Below are positions 24,186 to 30,541 of a DNA stretch of 30,541 nt, piece after piece. How positions within the stretch are numbered: the first letter of the stretch is position 1; each line of letters opens with the position of its first letter. The stretch comes from a virus. Lineage: Duplodnaviria > Caudoviricetes. Made by a program: the position numbers and the translations under genes. Under the pieces are notes generated by a model. The model did not search any database, was not told the DNA's origin, and saw nothing but the letters and a program-made list of their open reading frames with translations. Location: the IMG/VR virus record IMGVR_UViG_3300031848_000024, positions 1 through 30,541 of that record; one strand, given 5' to 3'.

Positions 24186-26229
24186 AGTCCGGCTCCTTGA
24201 TCTTGTAGTCGTTCATCCATGGGCGGGCCGGGTTCGCCGGCAGGAGCTTGCCGTCTGCGTCGCGCAGCGCGATCATGGGGAGTAGTTCGCCCCTGTTGTA
24301 CCGCAGTGCGGTGTCGGCAATATCTTGTTCGAGCAGTGGCTGCGGTGCCGGCGGTGTGCGCTGGTACTGCGCCCCGATGACCGTTTGGCCGTCAATGTAG
24401 GTTTCACCGGGCAGGTTCACATTGTGCTCCGTTGCCTTCCATGTATCACCGCCGTCCTTCGATGTGTAAATCGTCACCCCGACAGCGGAGCCTTTGGCCT
24501 TTCTGGCTGACTGCACAGGGACTGCAAGCGTTGCTTCGTCGATTGACACGACGAACCCGACACGGAAACACCAGACGGCTGGCAGGAACCTGCGGGTCCA
24601 TGTGATGCCCCCATCGTCCGATACAAGAAGCATCGGGCGTGAGCTTGGGTACTGCAGTGCCTGGGCCGTGCCATCCTTGTAGATCCAGTACGGGTCAAAC
24701 TGCATCCACAGTCGCTTTTTCTTTTTCTTGTCCTGTGGGTCGATGCGGTACACGGCACCGCCGAAGCCGAGCGGGACATAGGGGACAAGAAGTTGGCCGG
24801 TGCCGGGAGTCAGTAGCCCGTCGCTGAATACAGCCTTGTCTATCGTCCCGACTTGAGCGGTCCCGGCGCTGGTGATGCGGTGCACCTGAACCTGCGGAGA
24901 TCCAAATTCCTGAAACCACGAGAAGGCCAGAAGTGTTTCTTTGTCCTTGACCAGAAGGCCGCCGTATGGGAATACGCCAGGGAACCCAGCGGTGACAGGG
25001 GCATAGGTCCATGTCTCGCCGTTGTTCTGGGTCCACATGAAGAAGGCGTCGCTGTTCACGGCCTGAATGGACCCGCCAACTCCGTATTGCATGACATGCA
25101 CGTTCACGCGCAGCGCGACGGTTGTTGGGCTCAGTCGGTGCAGCGACATGCCCCGTGCAGCCAGGTAGTGAAGCGGCAGTGACGGGAGCGTTGGGAAGTT
25201 GATTTTGTTCAGCGCCACACCGCCGCCCACAGTGGTGCGTTTGCACGTCAGTCGGTACGGCCCGGCGCTGCGGCTGTCGTACACATCATCCGAAGCTGGG
25301 TAGACTGCGATGATGGATGTGTATTCGCGCCCGTCTGGAGCCTTGGCGGTGGCTGGTTCGGCCACGGCGTAGGTGTCTGATGCGTCTCCGCCAGCAGGCA
25401 CCCGCATGACGCCTGGTAGGTTGAGGGACGAACCAAACAGTACGCCAGAGAATGCGGCATATATGGTTGTCTCGTTATACATGTCTGCAGACGAGAGCCT
25501 GATCGCGTCAGAAAACGATCTGGGGACCGGGTCGAATCCCAAGCCGCTGTGAATATCGAATGAGAAAATAGGGCCCTTGATTGCACCAACTTCTGGGTTT
25601 ACCTCGACCAGCTCCACGCGCGCAGCCCGCAGGCCGCGCTTCTTGGTGTGCGGCTGCGGATCATTGACGATCTCGCGCATGGAGTCGTTGAAGTAGCGCG
25701 CATCCCCAGGTATTGACACCTCGCGCACCAACAGCACCTTGCCATCACCCTTTGCAAACAGGCGCTTCTTCCCGGCCTGGGCCGTGTACCCCGCCTCGTT
25801 CATGGCAGCCAGCGAGCGCGGCGCAGAGTCGGTCGTGAACCCACGGAATCGCGGAATGCGCGTCTGCGTCTTGAACCCACCAATTTCACGAAACGGCAGG
25901 TCGCCGTTGGTGCTGTCGATCTCCGACATGTAGAGGCGAGAGCGCTTGCGCAGCTTGACGTTCGGTGCCAAGTTCAGCAACTCGCTCCCCGTGAGGTCAT
26001 GCAGCTCGCCGTTTTCCTCGCGGTAGGTCATTGACGTTTCATGCAACAGCACAAAGCGCGGCTGGGTGTCGCCGCTCTCCTTCTCGATCCGCACAAACTC
26101 CCCGGACTTCTGCACAGTGCTTTCAGCGTCGCGGTAGGTGATGAACTCCGAGCCGACGGCAATCATGGCCTGGAGCTGGTCTTTCTCCTTGCCGTCTGAT
26201 GTGCCTTTAGAGTCATCGTTGATGAGCAT
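24178..26229 (-). CDS. Asp-box (BNR) repeat beta-propeller virion protein, putative receptor-binding/sialidase-like fold
   Basis: Three Asp boxes: TQNNGETW, SDDGGITW, SKDGGDTW; TGATG coupling to the upstream gene. Confidence 0.78.
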   Translation of the reverse strand: MLINDDSKGTSDGKEKDQLQAMIAVGSEFITYRDAESTVQKSGEFVRIEKESGDTQPRFVLLHETSMTYREENGELHDLTGSELLNLAPNVKLRKRSRLYMSEIDSTNGDLPFREIGGFKTQTRIPRFRGFTTDSAPRSLAAMNEAGYTAQAGKKRLFAKGDGKVLLVREVSIPGDARYFNDSMREIVNDPQPHTKKRGLRAARVELVEVNPEVGAIKGPIFSFDIHSGLGFDPVPRSFSDAIRLSSADMYNETTIYAAFSGVLFGSSLNLPGVMRVPAGGDASDTYAVAEPATAKAPDGREYTSIIAVYPASDDVYDSRSAGPYRLTCKRTTVGGGVALNKINFPTLPSLPLHYLAARGMSLHRLSPTTVALRVNVHVMQYGVGGSIQAVNSDAFFMWTQNNGETWTYAPVTAGFPGVFPYGGLLVKDKETLLAFSWFQEFGSPQVQVHRITSAGTAQVGTIDKAVFSDGLLTPGTGQLLVPYVPLGFGGAVYRIDPQDKKKKKRLWMQFDPYWIYKDGTAQALQYPSSRPMLLVSDDGGITWTRRFLPAVWCFRVGFVVSIDEATLAVPVQSARKAKGSAVGVTIYTSKDGGDTWKATEHNVNLPGETYIDGQTVIGAQYQRTPPAPQPLLEQDIADTALRYNRGELLPMIALRDADGKLLPANPARPWMNDYKIKEPDYG

Positions 26230-26759
26230 CAGGGGATCTCGTGGGAGTTGATGAAGCTCGTCCAGAACGGCCCTGGTGGTAGGTCACCTGGGAACACCTT
26301 GGCTCGCCATATTTTTATGCGTGTCAGCCCGGCGAAGATCGCGCCTATGGCTGAACTGATGGAGATGACCTGCCCTCCGTCGGAGGAGACATAATGGCTG
26401 ATGTTGGCGTTCCCGCCTCCGTTCGCCTTGAACTCCGAAGCATTCGGACCCTGCAGCTCCACCAGGAAATTGCTCGCGTAGAACGGTGGCCCCCCGTCCC
26501 CCCAGTAGCCGTTGTCGTAGGTCATTCTGACCTCTATGAAGCTGGTGTCCCCCGTCGCTAGTAGAACTCGTGGGTGCCCCGCGAGGATCGTCGGACTATT
26601 TAAGTCGTCAGGGATCGCCAGATCAAGCACATCGCGCACGCCCTCTGCCGCCGCAGACGCGACCGCGGAGCTGTACGTGATGGTCTCGCCCCGGTTGACA
26701 TCTCCGAAATTCGAGTAGAACCCGAAGTACCCGCCCCCCGGAGATACGGTCATCGGCAT
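26229..26759 (-). CDS. Hypothetical beta-rich tail-associated protein
   Basis: Fills the operon with tight junctions; aromatic/Gly-rich; ends PPGPFWTSFINSHEIP. Confidence 0.7.
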   Translation of the reverse strand: MPMTVSPGGGYFGFYSNFGDVNRGETITYSSAVASAAAEGVRDVLDLAIPDDLNSPTILAGHPRVLLATGDTSFIEVRMTYDNGYWGDGGPPFYASNFLVELQGPNASEFKANGGGNANISHYVSSDGGQVISISSAIGAIFAGLTRIKIWRAKVFPGDLPPGPFWTSFINSHEIP

Positions 26760-26762
26760 GGC

Positions 26763-27215
26763 TTACCCCGGCAGGCTGATCGAGATGAAGTTGACCGCCT
26801 GCGTATTGCCCGACGTGAGCGCCAGCGAACTGATGTTCAGCTCTGCACCAGACACGCCCACACGGCCTTGCAAACGCGCCTGCGTGGTAGATGCTGCCCC
26901 GGTGTCGCCAGCGGCCACAAAGCGGAAGAACACCGCGTTGCCAGTGGCCAGCACAGGGCCTGCCCACGTCTCGCCAGCGTCCTTGCCGATGGCGCCGCTG
27001 CTGGCTGTCCCCAGGTTCAAGCCTTGGGAGATACCGTCGCCGTACACCGTCAGCAGCAGCGTATGGTTTGCCGGGTTGATGGCGTCGTCAGCCGATGCCG
27101 GGATGTTCCCGAGCGTGCTCTGATAAACGTGAATGAAGCCGCCTGCGAGGGCGGCCTTGAGGCTGCCGGTATCGAGTATTTTGTTGCGCAGGCCGGTGGA
27201 TGCGAGAAGTGCCAT
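26763..27215 (-). CDS. Virion structural protein (fibre/appendage subunit)
   Basis: SD AAGGAG; MALLASTGLRNKILD...IPASADDA...RLQGRVGVSGAELNISS pattern. Confidence 0.8.
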   Translation of the reverse strand: MALLASTGLRNKILDTGSLKAALAGGFIHVYQSTLGNIPASADDAINPANHTLLLTVYGDGISQGLNLGTASSGAIGKDAGETWAGPVLATGNAVFFRFVAAGDTGAASTTQARLQGRVGVSGAELNISSLALTSGNTQAVNFISISLPG

Positions 27216-27227
27216 GGTGATGACTCC

Positions 27228-27734
27228 TTAGAGAGAAACGAACTGGAATCCAGTGAGGATTTCGAGGTACACCGTGTCATCCACGGCGCGGGGATTTGCG
27301 AAGCGCACGACAGAGAGCAGCTTTCCGGTCGCTGCCTCCTTGGCCTGCACGGTGCTGATGAATGCACCGTTGACCGTGGCTGTACCCGTCATGTCAAAGC
27401 GCGCCAGCGATGCAGCGTTGGATACAGCGCCGTTGGCCACAGTGCCCAGCGTCAGCGGCAAGCGGCCGGCCTGTAGGTAGTTGGTGGCCTCAGTCACCAT
27501 AGACGAGAGGTTCGCCGTCGTTTCGGTGCCGTTCGGGATATGCGCCCCAGTCCACAGCCCGATGTAGAGCGCCCCCGGCGCAGAACCGCCCTTGAGGTAG
27601 CAGTTCGCCATGTCGTTCAGGCCCTCGATGGGCACGCGGTTGGGCGTGGCCTTCTCGATGTGGAGAATGCGGCCGTCCGACTTGGAGCGGATGGCCAGGT
27701 CGTAAACGAACCCAGGGCGGATGATTGGGGACAT
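27228..27734 (-). CDS. Virion structural protein (fibre/appendage subunit)
   Basis: SD AAGGA; NRVPIEGLN..LYIGL..YLQAGR..FDMTGTATVNGAFI pattern. Confidence 0.78.
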   Translation of the reverse strand: MSPIIRPGFVYDLAIRSKSDGRILHIEKATPNRVPIEGLNDMANCYLKGGSAPGALYIGLWTGAHIPNGTETTANLSSMVTEATNYLQAGRLPLTLGTVANGAVSNAASLARFDMTGTATVNGAFISTVQAKEAATGKLLSVVRFANPRAVDDTVYLEILTGFQFVSL

Positions 27735-27736
27735 GA

Positions 27737-28693
27737 TCAGTTTCCTTTTCTGATGATTCGTGCCTGAGCGTAGGAGCCGACACCCGCACCCATGTCACTG
27801 GGGGATGCCAGCGCGGCAACGATGGTTTCCATGCCGTCCGCCTTGCGGTAGAGCGTGGCCGCAGCGCCATCGGCGCTCAGGGATACGCGGGACTCCTGCA
27901 GGTTGGAAATCTCTCCGCTGCTGGTGACTGACACAACGCCCTTGCTGCTCATCCAGTGCGCGCCGCCGTCTTCGCGGTAGCTGGGCTGCTGGTCTGGTGC
28001 GCCGTAGTCAAACACCGCGCGCACAGCCTGGGCGGGGAACCCACCGGCAATGAAGTAGGTCTTGTCGGCCACCACGAACACGCCACCCTCCACCGCAACA
28101 AGGCAGGTGATGGGTGCCGGGAACAACTCGAAGCCCTTCGCCTCGTCGCGCAGGTGTGGAGTAAACGGCTCGCTGTAGATGACGGCTGAACCCACGCCCA
28201 CCAGCAGGCGCCCGGCGTGGTGTGCGATATGCTGGCCTGCTGGCATCGGCACCAAAACCTGGTCGCCAATGGTGGTCGCTGTGGCGCTGGCCCATTCCGG
28301 GGTCGGCCCGGAACTTGGGTGATATGACCCAACGCGCAGGCCGTCAGTGAAGTACACCGCCTCATAGACTTGGGCGTAGCGCACGGGGGTGGCGTTGCCG
28401 AACCCGCTGGCCACAAGGGTTTTTGCAGTGTCGATGCGGTACAGATCGCCGTCATCGACGTACAGGGCATAGTCGCATTCGACTGGCGACCAAAGCGAAT
28501 GACAGTCGCTGCCAGCTTGCGTCAGCGCATATCCGGCGCGCGTCTTCACCGTGCCCTGCGCAGTCACATCCACATTCAGGGCATCGCGCAGCAGGTGGCC
28601 GCCGCCATCCGGGAGCCTGAGCTTGTAATCGGGCGCACGGTTATCCATTCCTGCTGGGAATGGGCCGATTTGCTGCGCGTCTTTGAGAGCCAT
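27737..28693 (-). CDS. Tail tubular/nozzle-like protein (start corrected to 28693)
   Basis: PFPAGMDNR...LRDALNVDVTAQGTVKTRAGY N-terminal pattern of podovirus nozzle/stabilisation proteins; beta-rich; follows the adaptor gene. Confidence 0.72.
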   Translation of the reverse strand: MALKDAQQIGPFPAGMDNRAPDYKLRLPDGGGHLLRDALNVDVTAQGTVKTRAGYALTQAGSDCHSLWSPVECDYALYVDDGDLYRIDTAKTLVASGFGNATPVRYAQVYEAVYFTDGLRVGSYHPSSGPTPEWASATATTIGDQVLVPMPAGQHIAHHAGRLLVGVGSAVIYSEPFTPHLRDEAKGFELFPAPITCLVAVEGGVFVVADKTYFIAGGFPAQAVRAVFDYGAPDQQPSYREDGGAHWMSSKGVVSVTSSGEISNLQESRVSLSADGAAATLYRKADGMETIVAALASPSDMGAGVGSYAQARIIRKGN

Positions 28694-28700
28694 GCCGCCG

Positions 28701-28743
28701 ATGATTCCAGCCAGCGCCCGCGCGGACAAACCGGACTGGGGGG
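28701..28743 (-). promoter_or_regulatory. Putative late promoter copy 5 (tail operon)
   Basis: CCCCCCAGTCCGGTT-N20-GGAATCAT-N7-ATG(28693). Confidence 0.75.
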
Positions 28744-28746
28744 CCG

Positions 28747-29418
28747 TCAGACCCAGAACGCCTTGTTCGTCTGCACCTCGTCATGCCGGGTGCTGCGGCG
28801 CAAGTCCGCGTCTGGTAGCGGCCCAAAGTAGGCAGTGAATGCGGCCTCTGCAGCAGCGGCACGCCCAGGGTCGCGGCCGTCTGCATCTGGCTTACTGAAT
28901 GCGCGGTACAGCGCCCAGTGCACAAGCTGCAGGTGGTGTGCCTCATGAATCTCGGGTTTGTCGTTGTCGTTGACCAGCGCTTTGAGCGGCAACCGATAGC
29001 CTTCTATGCGCAGAGTTCCATCTATAGAAGGCACTGGCACAAGGCGCAATCTGGTGTCGGTCTGGATTGCATTGCAGGGGGTGCCGGGAGGCTCATTGCG
29101 CCAGCCGCTACGGTCACGGTCCAGCTTCTCGCGCGAGGTCAGATAGACAGGCTGCACGTAGCCGGTGACTGGCACAAAGTCGATCACGGCAATTTCGTAC
29201 AGCTTCGGGTGCAGTGGGTATGAGCCTACTCCTGCCGTTACGGCAATATGCGTCAAGGCTGGCGTGTAGTCATCAAGCAAAAGCCGAGCGCGCATGGCTG
29301 CTTGATCCTGCGCCTCGGTCAACCACGCTGCGATCCACTCGTCCTCCCACAAAGGGGGATTTGTAACCAGATCGTCCGCATCTATGCGGAACTGCTGTAT
29401 TAGCTGTTCCAGGTTCAT
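28747..29418 (-). CDS. Head-tail adaptor protein
   Basis: MNLEQLIQQFR..DD..LW.DE.I..WL.EAQ..A..RARLL...PEIHEAHH..LVHWALYRAFSK.DAD pattern of podovirus adaptor proteins. Confidence 0.8.
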   Translation of the reverse strand: MNLEQLIQQFRIDADDLVTNPPLWEDEWIAAWLTEAQDQAAMRARLLLDDYTPALTHIAVTAGVGSYPLHPKLYEIAVIDFVPVTGYVQPVYLTSREKLDRDRSGWRNEPPGTPCNAIQTDTRLRLVPVPSIDGTLRIEGYRLPLKALVNDNDKPEIHEAHHLQLVHWALYRAFSKPDADGRDPGRAAAAEAAFTAYFGPLPDADLRRSTRHDEVQTNKAFWV

Positions 29419-29419
29419 A

Positions 29420-29812
29420 TCAGCGCGCTCCGAACTGCTCTATCAGGGTGGACACCTCGGCGCGCAGCTTGCCCACGCCCAGGCGCTTGTCCAGTTCCAC
29501 CTCGTACTTGCGGGCGTATTCCTCTAGCGCGCTCTTTTCCATGCTTTGCACGGTCAGCAGCATGGCCTCCAGCGCTTGTCTTTCTTGCTCTTTGACGCGC
29601 TCGTTGTCCTGCTGGATGGCCGTGGCCACTTCCACCTCAGCATCAGTGGCGCGGATTTCCTGCGATTCGGCGCGGTCGAATTCAGCGAAGCGCAGCAGCT
29701 TCTTGGCCGCGTCAGGCGTCACCAGCTTGGCCGTGCCGGGCTCCCAGGTGTTGCCCGAGAACTTATCCCGGTAGGTCTTGCGCCCGTTGTAGGCAATGCG
29801 GGTGAGGTCCAT
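29420..29812 (-). CDS. Hypothetical phage morphogenesis protein
   Basis: SD GGAG; 130 aa with a C-terminal small helical domain (KSALEEYARKYEVELDKR). Confidence 0.75.
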   Translation of the reverse strand: MDLTRIAYNGRKTYRDKFSGNTWEPGTAKLVTPDAAKKLLRFAEFDRAESQEIRATDAEVEVATAIQQDNERVKEQERQALEAMLLTVQSMEKSALEEYARKYEVELDKRLGVGKLRAEVSTLIEQFGAR

Positions 29813-29835
29813 GCTTGGCTCTCCAGTAGGTGGAT

Positions 29836-29862
29836 GAAAAACAAGCCGGGCGAACCGGCTTG
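29836..29862 (-). terminator. Intrinsic terminator after the capsid/decoration genes
   Basis: Minus strand CAAGCCGG-TTCGC-CCGGCTTG followed by TTTTTC. Confidence 0.8.
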
Positions 29863-29881
29863 CTTTGCGGGGCGTGGCCGA

Positions 29882-30358
29882 TTACGCGACGCCTTCGGAT
29901 GCCACGGACAGAACCACGTCCGCGCGGGCGGCCTTGGCATTGGCAGCGCCTGCTGTGGTGATGGTCAGCCAAGCATCCTTGGGCAACGTGACGGGCGCGG
30001 TGGTGGTGGCCTTGCGATACACACCTGCCGTATTCAGCGCGACAGCGGCGCCGAAGTAATCGGCGTCCTGCGGCACAGCGGTGCTATCCACGCCATCCAC
30101 ATACTCAAAGCCAATGTCGCCGGTCACGAGGGCAGTGAAGCCGGTCGAGACAATGACAGTACTGTCGAGCAGGTTGGTGCCAGCGGGAATTGGTCCAAAG
30201 CGAACCTTGTCGCCGCTGGCGATTGGCGCATTGGAGTCAGCACCGATTGCGGCGCCGTTCGATGCAGTGGCCAGCGTGTACTGCAGGCCGTGGGCATTGC
30301 CCCAGGGGGTTGCACCCACTTGGGTGCGAGGATTTGGTTTATTGGTGATCGTGGCCAT
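29882..30358 (-). CDS. Probable capsid decoration/cement protein
   Basis: SD GGAGG before ATG 30358; Ala/Thr-rich beta protein with a GDKV...IPAG motif directly after the major capsid gene. Confidence 0.75.
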   Translation of the reverse strand: MATITNKPNPRTQVGATPWGNAHGLQYTLATASNGAAIGADSNAPIASGDKVRFGPIPAGTNLLDSTVIVSTGFTALVTGDIGFEYVDGVDSTAVPQDADYFGAAVALNTAGVYRKATTTAPVTLPKDAWLTITTAGAANAKAARADVVLSVASEGVA

Positions 30359-30434
30359 GTCAGCCTCCGTAATCAAAAACTGTGAACCGGGATGTGATGC
30401 CGGGCAGCACGCAGGCCGCCCGGAGTGTCACTGC

Positions 30435-30541
30435 TTACTGGCGGGCGCCGATGATCGGCACAGCCGTGTCGATGGCGATAACACCGTGGTCGGTGTAGTG
30501 CTTGGTGCCAGCGCCCTGGTCCACCAGCCAACGGACCTTGG
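30435..30541 (-). CDS. Major capsid protein, 3' end (partial)
   Basis: ...KVRWLVDQGAGTKHYTDHGVIAIDTAVPIIGARQ*; the D(H/F/Y)GVI.IDT C-terminus resembles N4-gp56/Stx-phage-type capsids. Only 34 aa are visible. Confidence 0.7.
   Translation of the reverse strand, partial: KVRWLVDQGAGTKHYTDHGVIAIDTAVPIIGARQ

Noticed and set aside
30385-30430. GC-rich stem after the capsid stop as a terminator or ncRNA
   Set aside because: Imperfect stem with no adjacent U-tract; the clear terminator lies after the decoration gene.

Overview
The window is the late (virion morphogenesis and lysis) region of a temperate, short-tailed (podovirus-type) prophage from a GC-rich Gram-negative host; a betaproteobacterial host is my inference, not something shown by the sequence. 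Almost all genes are on the minus strand. From right to left: 3' end of the major capsid gene, decoration protein, head-tail adaptor, tail/nozzle protein, several tail-appendage genes including an Asp-box propeller, three putative ejection/internal virion proteins, a ~3136-aa polyvalent PLxRFG protein (ParB-like, LPD5, LPD1/zincin, MuF-C-like, second zincin, ADP-ribosyltransferase), a four-gene fibre cassette, then holin, SAR endolysin and Rz. Between the 899-aa ejection protein and the giant gene (~13.2-17.1 kb) lies an accessory island. It holds a complete P22 ImmI-like unit (mnt-like, a 59-aa arc-like gene missing from the ORF track, a sar-like antisense RNA, ant), a YafO toxin with a non-YafN partner, and a 3-TM membrane protein. 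Two signals stand out. (1) The C-terminal tail of the membrane protein copies the N-terminal 'WW' peptide of the giant protein, making it a candidate superinfection-exclusion decoy. (2) A bipartite motif with fixed spacing, CCCCCCRGTNNGGTT-N20-GGAANNNT, precedes five late gene blocks (plus one degenerate copy), four of them apparently leaderless, and is a candidate phage-specific late promoter. All family assignments come from motif recognition by eye; no database search was run.
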